From the NCBI GenBank assembly GCA_913054235.1, contig CAJXJI010000002.1:1-44273 (forward strand): DNA of 44,273 bases. Reading direction: 5' to 3'. Both the position numbers and the translations under genes were made by a program. Source of the DNA: an uncultured bacterium. GTDB lineage: Bacteria > Patescibacteriota > Minisyncoccia > Minisyncoccales > UBA10102. The notes beneath the pieces were generated by a model. That model was not told where the DNA came from and did not search any database. It saw nothing but the letters and a program-made list of their open reading frames with translations. This document shows positions 1-7,512 of the stretch, in pieces; within the stretch, counting starts at the first letter, position 1; each line of letters begins with the position of its first letter.

Positions 1-34
1 CAAAAAACCGCCTATATGGCGATGTATAAAAAAA
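1..34 (-). repeat. Repeated terminator/promoter cassette, copy 1 (cut by window edge)
   Basis: + strand CAAAAAACCGCCTATATGGCGATGTATAAAAAAA. Same as 303-335 except one A in the run, and same as 516-538 over 23 nt. Minus-sense reads ATCGCCATATAGGCGG (CGCC/GGCG mini-hairpin) followed by TTTTTTG. Confidence 0.85.
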
Positions 35-65
35 GTGAGGCCTCTTCTGTAATAGAAGGGGCCTC
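28..65 (-). terminator. Rho-independent terminator of the tRNA-like RNA unit
   Basis: 12-bp inverted repeat GAGGCCTCTTCT (37-48) / AGAAGGGGCCTC (54-65) with one mismatch and a 5-nt loop. On the minus strand it is followed by a T7 run (28-34). Confidence 0.7.
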
Positions 66-74
66 TTAATTAGT

Positions 75-248
75 TGGAGCGGAGTGTGGGTTTGAGCCAC
101 GTCTTAAGATGTTAACAGCACCTCATGCACTACATATGCTAACCTCGCCCGTATTGAGTGCCAACGACACTATAATGGTCTCCCCCTGAGTTCATGGTTG
201 GTATTTGGCCAATTCCTCAGGGGGTTGCAGGAAGAACGCTCACCCCGC
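75..248 (-). ncRNA. Unclassified 174-nt structured RNA with a tRNA-like terminal domain (tmRNA-like topology, non-canonical)
   Basis: Minus-sense 5' GCGGGGT (248-242) pairs with ACTCCGC (85-79), including one G.U. This is followed by U and an encoded CCA (77-75). An adjacent T-arm-like hairpin reads GTGG-CTCAAAC-CCAC (100-86). A closing helix CGT(T)CTT/AAGACG replaces the D and anticodon arms. There is an internal 9-bp hairpin 182-190/216-224. The unit has its own promoter and terminator. Confidence 0.5.
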
Positions 249-272
249 TTTGGCAAGAGGGAGAGCATTATC

Positions 273-301
273 CTTATACACTATTAAAGAATATTGGTCA
301 A
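273..301 (-). promoter_or_regulatory. Sigma70-like promoter of the tRNA-like RNA unit
   Basis: Minus-sense TTGACC (301-296), N17, TATAAG (278-273). The predicted TSS lies about 19 nt upstream of the acceptor 5' end. Confidence 0.5.
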
Positions 302-302
302 A

Positions 303-335
303 CAAAAAACCGCCTATATGGCGATGTATAAAAAA
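303..335 (-). repeat. Repeated terminator/promoter cassette, copy 2
   Basis: CAAAAAACCGCCTATATGGCGATGTATAAAAAA, matching copy 1. On the minus strand its T-run flows into TTTG plus the -35 TTGACC of the next unit. Confidence 0.85.
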
Positions 336-364
336 GAAGCGGCCTGAGTCAAGGTGACCGCTTC
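329..364 (-). terminator. Rho-independent terminator of small RNA unit 2
   Basis: Stem GAAGCGG (336-342) / CCGCTTC (358-364). On the minus strand it is followed by TTTTTT (335-330). Confidence 0.65.
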
Positions 365-480
365 TGAGTATAGATGCCATAGGCACCTTTTGAATATAGC
401 CTCTCAGGGTGTGACTGAAAACCACGACGTAGTAGCAGTCAGCCTATTGATACACCCAAGAGAGGGTCTTGGAGGAGACT
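330..480 (-). ncRNA. Unclassified ~150-nt structured small RNA (unit 2)
   Basis: Bounded by a promoter (486-514) and a terminator (329-364). Minus-sense hairpins are CCAAGA-ccctc-TCTTGG, the nested pair GGGTG..TGACTG/CAGTCA..CACCC, and GGTGCC-tat-GGCATC. I recognised no Rfam-type motif. Confidence 0.4.
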
Positions 481-485
481 TCTTC

Positions 486-514
486 TATATACTCTATATA
501 AGGAAAATAGGCAA
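486..514 (-). promoter_or_regulatory. Sigma70-like promoter of small RNA unit 2
   Basis: Minus-sense TTGCCT (514-509), N17, TATATA (491-486). Confidence 0.5.
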
Positions 515-515
515 A

Positions 516-538
516 CAAAAAACCGCCTATATGGCGAT
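516..538 (-). repeat. Repeated terminator/promoter cassette, copy 3 (core only)
   Basis: CAAAAAACCGCCTATATGGCGAT. It lies 25 nt downstream of the stop of the 563-748 gene on the minus strand. Confidence 0.85.
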
Positions 539-562
539 TCATTATGTAAACTTTACGAACTC

Positions 563-748
563 CTAGGCAGTTTCAAACCTCGCTTTATTCTCAGCCATCC
601 ACTTCTCCATGTCTTCCTTGCCATGATTAGAGTTTTTCATTACTTCAGAATGAACCTCCATATAATGAGGGTGAAGTGCTTTCATCCATTCTTCGAATGT
701 TTCACCTTCCGCTGTGACTTCACATAGGTCACATTTAAGAGTTTTCAT
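563..748 (-). CDS. Small DUF1059-like protein (61 aa)
   Basis: MKTLKCDLCEVTAEGETFEEWMKALHPHYMEVH resembles the DUF1059 small-protein pattern. ATG start, TAG stop, followed by cassette copy 3. Confidence 0.6.
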   Translation of the reverse strand: MKTLKCDLCEVTAEGETFEEWMKALHPHYMEVHSEVMKNSNHGKEDMEKWMAENKARFETA

Positions 749-761
749 AATATTTATGTAT

Positions 762-848
762 CTAGACAGTTAGAGCTTCTTCGCTCATAAGGGTCTTAAC
801 TAGAGTTAATTGCTCCTTTAGCTCGTTAGCATAGTCTGAGTCCTGCAT
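762..848 (-). CDS. Possible 28-aa micro-ORF upstream of the DUF1059 gene
   Basis: ATG..TAG ORF MQDSDYANELKEQLTLVKTLMSEEALTV ends 13 nt before the next ATG. No homology recognised. It is below the ORF-track cutoff. Confidence 0.15.
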   Translation of the reverse strand: MQDSDYANELKEQLTLVKTLMSEEALTV

Positions 849-903
849 AACCTTCTCTAGGGCTACAGCAGCGTTTCTTTCAGCGGTTATAGTAGCGTTG
901 GTA

Positions 904-980
904 TGGCGCGGGCGACCGGATTTGAACCGGCGATCTCTTCCGTGACAGGGAAGCGCTTTGAGCCACTAAGCTACGCCCGC
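904..980 (-). tRNA. tRNA-Asp (GTC), CCA encoded
   Basis: Reverse complement GCGGGCGTAGCTTAGTGGCTCAAAGCGCTTCCCTGTCACGGAAGAGATCGCCGGTTCAAATCCGGTCGCCCGCGCCA gives a full cloverleaf with anticodon loop CTGTCAC. Confidence 0.9.
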
Positions 981-997
981 ATATTTGTCTGCTACTG

Positions 998-1070
998 TGC
1001 CGGCGGGAAGAATCGAACTTCCGACCTCAACCTTATGAAGATTTTGCTCTAACCACTGAGCTACGCCGGC
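998..1070 (-). tRNA. tRNA with CAT anticodon (elongator Met or Ile2)
   Basis: Reverse complement GCCGGCGTAGCTCAGTGGTTAGAGCAAAATCTTCATAAGGTTGAGGTCGGAAGTTCGATTCTTCCCGCCGGCA. Cloverleaf with loop TTCATAA. No CCA is encoded. Confidence 0.85.
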
Positions 1071-1090
1071 ATCTATCTATGATTTATTTG

Positions 1091-1161
1091 TTGCGGGGGC
1101 CGGAATTGCACCGGCGTCACGAGGTTATGGGCCTCGCATGGTACTACTCCACTACCCCGCG
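1091..1161 (-). tRNA. Initiator tRNA-fMet (CAT)
   Basis: Reverse complement starts CGCGGGG and ends CCGGCCCCCGCAA, matching the E. coli tRNA-fMet ends including the C1xA72 mismatch. The anticodon loop is CCCATAA. Confidence 0.85.
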
Positions 1162-1189
1162 TACCATCCATCCTAACGGATTCCAATTG

Positions 1190-1218
1190 ACTATATCTTA
1201 AAACCAAAGATAAATCAA
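1190..1218 (-). promoter_or_regulatory. Sigma70-like promoter of the tRNA cluster
   Basis: Minus-sense TTGATT (1218-1213), N17, TATAGT (1195-1190), about 30 nt upstream of tRNA-fMet. Confidence 0.5.
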
Positions 1219-1249
1219 GATTATCTAGGCTATATTTCTCTAATTATTC

Positions 1250-1768
1250 TTAAATGAGATCTAAGTTAGTAAAAGCAACTTGATATATTTCGAGGGTTTT
1301 TTGCGCTTCTTGAAGCGTCAATTTATAATCAGGATCGTGTACTACATTGTTTCTAACTTGATGTGCTTGTATTAAATCTTGTAAATTAGGAATAATGGCA
1401 GATGTTACAATTTCAAGTCTCTCTCCCAAAGTTTCTCCTTTAAATCCCATGCGAAGCAAGATATCGCTTAACATTCCATCTATTTCAATCACCGCAAGTT
1501 TATACTCTCCCTCATTTGCAGTTTCCAATCGTTGTTGAATCTTTTGCCATTTCTTTACGACTCTACGCAATCCATAGGGTCTGAAAGTAAAAAACTCAGT
1601 ATAATCAAAAAGGAAGAGAAACTTTACCCATGCACTGCGAACCAGCACGAACACAGAAAACACTATGAAGAGAACTGCAACCAATCCAAAAATCAATTTT
1701 AAAGGCAAGAGGGATTGCTGGATCCCAGAATTATTAAGAAGGGAAAGTGTTTCAAACAGCTTTTCCAT
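1250..1768 (-). CDS. Hypothetical membrane-anchored protein (172 aa)
   Basis: One N-terminal hydrophobic helix (LIFGLVAVLFIVFSVFVLV). No recognised domain. Confidence 0.6.
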   Translation of the reverse strand: MEKLFETLSLLNNSGIQQSLLPLKLIFGLVAVLFIVFSVFVLVRSAWVKFLFLFDYTEFFTFRPYGLRRVVKKWQKIQQRLETANEGEYKLAVIEIDGMLSDILLRMGFKGETLGERLEIVTSAIIPNLQDLIQAHQVRNNVVHDPDYKLTLQEAQKTLEIYQVAFTNLDLI

Positions 1769-1811
1769 ATGTCTTTATTATCATATATATATAAAAAATA
1801 ACAATAGATGT

Positions 1812-3227
1812 TTACTGTAAGCTCTCAAGGGTTTTTCCTATAGAAAAGAGTAAGTCTTCTTCAAATGATGGAGCTATAACCTGAAGACCAACAGGAAGAT
1901 TATCAATTTTTCCTGCGACAAGAGAAATTCCAGGCAATCCAACTAAGTTTAAAGGAACAGTATAGGTATCAACAAGATACATTTTTAAAGGATTGCTAGT
2001 CTTTTCGCCCAGTAAAAAAGGCAAGACCGGAGAAGTAGGTCCCATAATTACATCCACCTTATTAAATGCACTCTCAAAATCCTGCTTAAGCAAAGAGCGT
2101 ATTTTTTGTGCTTTAACATAGTAAGCGTCATAGTATCCTTCAGAAAGAGCATACGTGCCGAGCATAATCCTACGCTTTACTTCGGGGCCAAATCCCTCGC
2201 TCCGAGAGCTAAGATATTCTCCTAAAAGATCAGATGCTTCTTGATGAAATCCATAGCGAATCCCATCATATCGAGCTAAGTTTGCTGATGCTTCAGATGT
2301 ATTAAGTATATAGTAAGCAGCTAAGGCATATTGAGTATGCGGCAATTCAATCTCTACTATCTTTGCGCCAGCTGACTCAAATTTTCCAATGGTATCTTTA
2401 ATAAGTTTGCTTACGCCAGAATCCAATCCTTTCCCAAAGTATTCTTTAGGGACCCCAATACGAAGTTCTTTAACACCTACTTCTTTTTTCTTCTTTTTAA
2501 TATCTACGCTTGTTGCATCGCGTAAATCTCTTTTTGAGATAGTTTCAAATAGGATTTGTGCATCTTTCGTGGTTCGTGCAAAAGGGCCTACCTGGTCTAG
2601 TGAAGAAGCTAAAGCAATGATACCAGCTCTTGAAACTGCGCCATACGTTGGTTTCAATCCTACAACCCCGCAAAAAGAAGCGGGTTGTCGGATAGATCCC
2701 CCAGTATCTTCTCCCAAAGAAAGAATAACCTCTCCTGCTGCCACTGATGCTGCAGATCCTCCAGAGCTACCTCCCGGAACACGCTCTAAGTTATGTGGAT
2801 TCTTTGTAGCTCCAAAACTAGAGTTTTCTGTGGAGGCTCCCATACCAAACTCATCCATATTTGTTTTTCCAATTATCACAGCCCCTGCTTCCTTTATTTT
2901 CTCTGTTACAAAGGCGTCATATGGGGCAATGTAGTTATCCAGCATACGAGATCCAGCAGTACACCGCACCTCTTCAACTAAAATTGCATCTTTTAGCGAA
3001 CAAGGAATTCCAGAAAGAGGCAAGAGTTTTTCCCCTTTAGCAATTCTCTCATCTGTTGCTTTGGCAGCAGCCATTGCAAGTTCTTTGGTTATGGTTAAAA
3101 AAGCATGCAGGCTTGGCTCTTGCTTCGCTACATTCAAAAGCGCATTCTCTGTTAATTCCACTGCAGAAAATTCTTTTGCAATCAATCCCTTCTGAACCCC
3201 TTCAATGGTAAGTTCTGTTACATTCAT
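1812..3227 (-). CDS. gatA: Glu/Asp-tRNA amidotransferase subunit A
   Basis: Amidase signature GGSSGGSAASVAAG. 471 aa. Its stop overlaps the gatC neighbourhood in operon fashion. Confidence 0.95.
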   Translation of the reverse strand: MNVTELTIEGVQKGLIAKEFSAVELTENALLNVAKQEPSLHAFLTITKELAMAAAKATDERIAKGEKLLPLSGIPCSLKDAILVEEVRCTAGSRMLDNYIAPYDAFVTEKIKEAGAVIIGKTNMDEFGMGASTENSSFGATKNPHNLERVPGGSSGGSAASVAAGEVILSLGEDTGGSIRQPASFCGVVGLKPTYGAVSRAGIIALASSLDQVGPFARTTKDAQILFETISKRDLRDATSVDIKKKKKEVGVKELRIGVPKEYFGKGLDSGVSKLIKDTIGKFESAGAKIVEIELPHTQYALAAYYILNTSEASANLARYDGIRYGFHQEASDLLGEYLSSRSEGFGPEVKRRIMLGTYALSEGYYDAYYVKAQKIRSLLKQDFESAFNKVDVIMGPTSPVLPFLLGEKTSNPLKMYLVDTYTVPLNLVGLPGISLVAGKIDNLPVGLQVIAPSFEEDLLFSIGKTLESLQ

Positions 3228-3520
3228 TTTGAAGTAAGAATTGTTTTTACCTTAACAAATCCATCTTTAATAGAAAAAACCAATCGCATCATACGTGAAA
3301 TAATCACAGGATTTTCTTTTCTACCAACATCATCTCGAACAATATTTTCCTGTGTGGCTGAGTGGATCATGGGTTCTACATCATTAGCACTCACTTTTTT
3401 TAACGTATCAAAATAATCCAAAATTTCAGATAAATCCTGTTGATATTTTGCAATCTCCTCCTCCTTTAACTCAAGACGAGCAAGTTTTGCAATGCGCATT
3501 ACCTGTTCTTTATCAATCAT
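3224..3520 (-). CDS. gatC: Glu/Asp-tRNA amidotransferase subunit C
   Basis: 98 aa. The N-terminus EQVMRIAKLARLELKEEE is typical of GatC. It sits directly upstream of gatA with a 4-nt overlap. Confidence 0.85.
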   Translation of the reverse strand: MIDKEQVMRIAKLARLELKEEEIAKYQQDLSEILDYFDTLKKVSANDVEPMIHSATQENIVRDDVGRKENPVIISRMMRLVFSIKDGFVKVKTILTSK

Positions 3521-3521
3521 G

Positions 3522-4583
3522 TTAGCGTGGAGGTTTTAACTCATCATCCTCTAATAATACTTCCTGTAGCTTATCTAAATTTTCCAATACCATACCCGCA
3601 CCTCGAACCACAGCTGTTAAAGGATCTTCTACGATGGATGTAGGAATCTTAGTTTCTTTTGCAATCAAGGTATCCAAACCTCTTAATAAAGCTCCACCAC
3701 CAGAAAGATAGATACCTTTCTCCATGATGTCAGCTAAGAGCTCGGGCGGGGTTTGCTCCACAGCAGCTTTGATTTCTCCTACTATTTGCTTAATGGAGCG
3801 CTCCATTGCCTTTCGAATTACAGTATCTGATACCATAATTTCTTCGGGAAGCCCTGATACTAAGTTACGTCCGCGTAATGACATTTCTTTTTTCTCTTTT
3901 AGAGGGTAGGCAGATCCAATAGCAATTTTTAGATTCTCTGCGGTACGTTCGCCAATAAGGAGTTTGTATTCATCTTGAGCAAAATTAATTATATCTTCAT
4001 TTAGCTTATCGCCTGCTATTCGCATGGATTTTGCAACCACAACACCTCCAAGAGAAATGATTGCAACTTCAGCAGTTCCTCCTCCGATGTCCAAAATAAA
4101 GTTACCGCCAGCTTCTTGCACAAGGAGGCGAGCCCCAATAGCAGCTGCCATGGGCTCCTCTATAAGGTATACTTCTCGAGCTCCAGCTTGCAAGGCAGCA
4201 TCCCGAACTGCTTTTTTTTCTACCTCAGTTGCGCCAAAGGGAATACCAATAATGACTCGAGGACCAGGAGAGAATATGAATTTTCTCTTTGCTACTTTGT
4301 TAATAAAATACCTGAGCATTTGCTCTGTTACTTCAAAATCAGAAATAACCCCTTTTACCAAGGGTCTCGTCGCTATAATATGAGCAGGAGTTCTTCCTAC
4401 CATTTGCTTTGCCTCTGATCCGATAGCCAAAACCTGCCCAGTCTTTTGATTTATTGCAACCACCGAAGGCTCCTGAATCACAATCCCTCTATCTTGAACG
4501 TACACCAATGAGTTTGCGGTCCCAAGATCAATGGCAATATCTTGACCTAGGAAGGATAATATTTTTCGTAGTAATTTTTTCAT
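3522..4583 (-). CDS. mreB: Rod-shape/actin-like protein MreB (paralogue 1)
   Basis: Actin-fold motifs IDLGTANSLVY, DIGGGTAEVA and LSGGGALLRGLD. 353 aa. Confidence 0.92.
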   Translation of the reverse strand: MKKLLRKILSFLGQDIAIDLGTANSLVYVQDRGIVIQEPSVVAINQKTGQVLAIGSEAKQMVGRTPAHIIATRPLVKGVISDFEVTEQMLRYFINKVAKRKFIFSPGPRVIIGIPFGATEVEKKAVRDAALQAGAREVYLIEEPMAAAIGARLLVQEAGGNFILDIGGGTAEVAIISLGGVVVAKSMRIAGDKLNEDIINFAQDEYKLLIGERTAENLKIAIGSAYPLKEKKEMSLRGRNLVSGLPEEIMVSDTVIRKAMERSIKQIVGEIKAAVEQTPPELLADIMEKGIYLSGGGALLRGLDTLIAKETKIPTSIVEDPLTAVVRGAGMVLENLDKLQEVLLEDDELKPPR

Positions 4584-5827
4584 ATATTTTCTTGAAGGAA
4601 TTTTAAAGCATCTTTTCGCTTTATATATTCTTGTTCATTCTCTTTTGCCCGCATCGAAACTTCAATGGTATCTTCATTATGAGTTTTTGCACTTACAACA
4701 ATACGTAAAGGAATACCGATTAAGTCTGCATCGGCTAATTTTTCCCCAGCGCTCGTCTCACTACGATCGTCATACAAAATATCAATACCTTTATTTAAAA
4801 GTTCCTTATACAAGTTCTCAGCATCACTCTCGCCGCCCATAAGCGAAAGCAAATGTATGCCAAATGGAGCGACTTCTTTTGGCCACACAATACCTTTTTT
4901 ATCGTGCAAAAGCTCAATAATAGTTGCCATGGCGCGCCCTGGTCCAATGCCATAACTTCCCATCACAGGAGCTTTTGCTTCTCCATTTTCATCTGTAAAA
5001 GTAAGCCCTAAAGTATCAGCAAACCTAGTTCCTAAGGGGAATATATTTCCTACCTCAATTGCACGTTTTTCATTAAGGTTGCTCTTGCTACACTCAGGGC
5101 AAGTTGATTGCTTTTCAATAATCTCTTTATTAACCGCAATGTGACATTCGTCACATACATAGATAGTATCTTCTCCTGCCTCACATATTGCTTGAAATTC
5201 GTGAGAATATTCAGAAAAGCTACCTCCGGAAGCAAACGTTAACAAGGTACTATCTCCAATGCCAAGACGGGAAAAAATATTGTGATATGCTTCTTTTACC
5301 TTTTCGTAGAATTGATCGTGTTCTTCTTTATTTTTTGAGAAAGAATACAAGTCTTTCATGACAAACTCACGAGTTCTTAAAAGACCGTTTCTTGCCCGAA
5401 GCTCATTTCGAAACTTTGTCTGGAATTGATAGATATATAAAGGAAGGTCACGCCACGAGGAGATATGATGACGCAAAAGATTAGTCATAGGTTCTTCGTG
5501 CGTGTTTGCCAGCCCTACTTCAGTTTCATTTTTGAGCTTTGTTTTAAACCAAATATCTATCTCTTTATCTGACCAGCGTCCTGTTTTTTTCCAAGGCTCA
5601 GCATCTTGAAGGGAAGCAAGCTCTAACTCTTGTCCTCCAATAGCATTCATCTCTTCTCTAATAATTCCTACAATCCTATTAAACACCAAAAGACCCAAAG
5701 GCAAAAATGAATACACCCCTGCCATTTCTTTGTGTATAAAACCCGCTTGCACTAGAAGCTGAGCATTGATGCCATCCTCTTTTGGGGGTGTCTTTTGGGT
5801 TTTTGTAAATAATGTTGATTGCTTCAT
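4580..5827 (-). CDS. proS: Prolyl-tRNA synthetase, bacterial type lacking the INS editing domain
   Basis: Class II motifs (FRNELRARNGLLRTREF, GSYGIGPGR). I chose the start at internal ATG 5827 (MKQSTLF), which forms an ATGA overlap with the rseP stop. The ORF-track start 5914 would overlap rseP by 90 nt. Confidence 0.92.
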   Translation of the reverse strand: MKQSTLFTKTQKTPPKEDGINAQLLVQAGFIHKEMAGVYSFLPLGLLVFNRIVGIIREEMNAIGGQELELASLQDAEPWKKTGRWSDKEIDIWFKTKLKNETEVGLANTHEEPMTNLLRHHISSWRDLPLYIYQFQTKFRNELRARNGLLRTREFVMKDLYSFSKNKEEHDQFYEKVKEAYHNIFSRLGIGDSTLLTFASGGSFSEYSHEFQAICEAGEDTIYVCDECHIAVNKEIIEKQSTCPECSKSNLNEKRAIEVGNIFPLGTRFADTLGLTFTDENGEAKAPVMGSYGIGPGRAMATIIELLHDKKGIVWPKEVAPFGIHLLSLMGGESDAENLYKELLNKGIDILYDDRSETSAGEKLADADLIGIPLRIVVSAKTHNEDTIEVSMRAKENEQEYIKRKDALKFLQENI

Positions 5828-6912
5828 AGGATGCGTATAATATCCTTTATGGTTACCCAGATCATCATAGTTATCAAGAGAACAAACACCACGGCTGAAA
5901 CTCTTTTCTCCCATAATTCTGAGACAGGCTTTTTCCGAATAGCTTCTATTCCCAAGAACAGCAATTTGCCTCCATCTACTACAGGAATAGGAAGAGCGTT
6001 AAAAATAGCAAGATACACTGCAAGAACAGCAAAGAAAGATAAGAAATGTGCTACGCCCAAAGAAAGAGAATTAGTCAAAAGATGAACAATACCCACTGGC
6101 CCCGTAAATTCAACTCCAGGAGGCACACCTTTTCCAGAAACAAGATTTACTATAAGATCTACGAGACCCTTTACAATATCAATGGTAAGTCTGCCTGTTC
6201 GAAGTACTGCCTGAAAAGGAGATTCCAACCAGGTATATTTTACAAATGCGGTTCTTACGAGAGCAACTCCCATAGCACCTTCTCCATCAGGTGGCTCTAT
6301 TCTTGGAGTCAATGTAACTTGTCTTATATCCTCTCCGCGCTGCAAAGTAAGAATAATCTCTTTGCCAGAAATTGTATCGCTAAAAGATTGAATCTCGCTT
6401 ACCTTTGTTGGTTCAATAAATACTCCAGAACTTTGCTCTTCCATTTTTAAAATACTATCACCCAGCTCAATGCCAGCTATTTGAGCTGGAGAATCCTTTG
6501 CCACACCAAGAATTTGTACTATAGGATTTTCTATACCTTGAGTTTCTTCGTCCCCAATGCCAGTTGGAATACCACTGGTCGCTCCAAGTCCGGTAAAGAT
6601 GACGACAGCTACCAGCCAAAAAGCAACTACACCAGCTGCAACAATAACCATTCTTTGCCATATAGGTTTTGTGGAAAAACTTCGTGGGCCGCCAGCAGTT
6701 TGGTCTTCGCCCTCCAATCGCACAAAAGCACCCAAGGGAATAAGGTTTATAGAATAGATGGTCTCCCCTATCTTCTTTCCAATTAACCTGGGAGGCAAGC
6801 CAATACCAAACTCCTCAATTTTCACTCCATACTTTTTGGCAAAGAGGTAGTGCCCTAATTCATGAAGAATAATTAAGATAAGAAAACTTATAAGAACAAT
6901 AGCAAGGGTCAT
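5824..6912 (-). CDS. rseP: RIP (site-2) zinc metalloprotease RseP, M50 family with PDZ domain
   Basis: HELGHY zinc motif at the N-terminus, multiple TM segments, central PDZ-like segment. 362 aa. Confidence 0.9.
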   Translation of the reverse strand: MTLAIVLISFLILIILHELGHYLFAKKYGVKIEEFGIGLPPRLIGKKIGETIYSINLIPLGAFVRLEGEDQTAGGPRSFSTKPIWQRMVIVAAGVVAFWLVAVVIFTGLGATSGIPTGIGDEETQGIENPIVQILGVAKDSPAQIAGIELGDSILKMEEQSSGVFIEPTKVSEIQSFSDTISGKEIILTLQRGEDIRQVTLTPRIEPPDGEGAMGVALVRTAFVKYTWLESPFQAVLRTGRLTIDIVKGLVDLIVNLVSGKGVPPGVEFTGPVGIVHLLTNSLSLGVAHFLSFFAVLAVYLAIFNALPIPVVDGGKLLFLGIEAIRKKPVSELWEKRVSAVVFVLLITMMIWVTIKDIIRIL

Positions 6913-6956
6913 AGAAATTTTACGTAATGTTTATTTATATAAAGAAATATAAAGAA

Positions 6957-7511
6957 TTATAACGATATCTCAACTTTCTTTTTCTCAACTAACTCATCTA
7001 CCTTCTTTGTATGCTCATCAATAAGCTTTTGTAAATCTTCTTTACCTTTGAATTTATCGTCTTCACGAATATCTCCTGTCCGTGCATCTTCTTGAATCTC
7101 TCCCCAAGCTTCATCCCTCCACTTTCTTAGAGTTTGTTTTGTTTGCTCTGACTTTTCTGCCAAAATATGCAGCAAAGTTTCTCGATACTCTTGCGTTAAA
7201 GTAGGCAGAATAATACGCAAACTCTTACCTTCAACCACAGGAGATACTCCAAGAGACTCTTTTAAGAGTGCTTTCTCCATAGGACCGATATTTGCGGGAT
7301 CCCAAGGCTGAATTAAAATCTGGCGTCTCTCTGGTGAAGAAATTCCAGCCAGTTGCTTTAGAGGAAGAAGTTGTCCCTGTATGTCAACTAAAATATCCTC
7401 CACAAGTGCAGGACTTGCTTGACCCGTTCTGATTTTCGCCAATTCATGGCGAAAAAATTCCACTGCCTTTTCCAATTCCGGTTTTATTTTCTCAAGTATT
7501 TGTTTAACCAT
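6957..7511 (-). CDS. frr: Ribosome recycling factor
   Basis: MVKQILEKIKPELEKAVEFFRHELAKIRTGQASPALVEDI is RRF-like. The start is taken at ATG 7511, immediately after the holB stop. Confidence 0.92.
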   Translation of the reverse strand: MVKQILEKIKPELEKAVEFFRHELAKIRTGQASPALVEDILVDIQGQLLPLKQLAGISSPERRQILIQPWDPANIGPMEKALLKESLGVSPVVEGKSLRIILPTLTQEYRETLLHILAEKSEQTKQTLRKWRDEAWGEIQEDARTGDIREDDKFKGKEDLQKLIDEHTKKVDELVEKKKVEISL

Positions 7512-7512
7512 A

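Noticed and set aside
75-425. A canonical one-piece tmRNA (ssrA) spanning both RNA units. This included the tempting in-frame ...DNALPLAKAG* reading just upstream of the acceptor 5' strand.
   Set aside because: A strong terminator and a promoter lie in the middle. There is no GGGG...TTCGAC 5' motif, no G3.U70, and the discriminator is U. The 'tag' lies 5' of the acceptor strand and overlaps the -10 box. I kept only the weaker statement that the domain is tRNA-like.
1-540. The three repeat copies as a possible CRISPR array.
   Set aside because: Only three copies with irregular spacing (302 and 213 nt). The repeat is A/T-run rich, with terminator and promoter character. The 'spacers' contain their own promoters and terminators, and no cas genes are in the window.
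240-566. ORF-track entries 240-425 (minus, 61 aa) and 354-566 (plus, 70 aa) at the left end.
   Set aside because: Both use GTG starts. They run straight through hairpin/T-run terminators, the repeated cassette and promoter hexamers. There is no recognisable protein similarity. The region is better explained as small RNA units.
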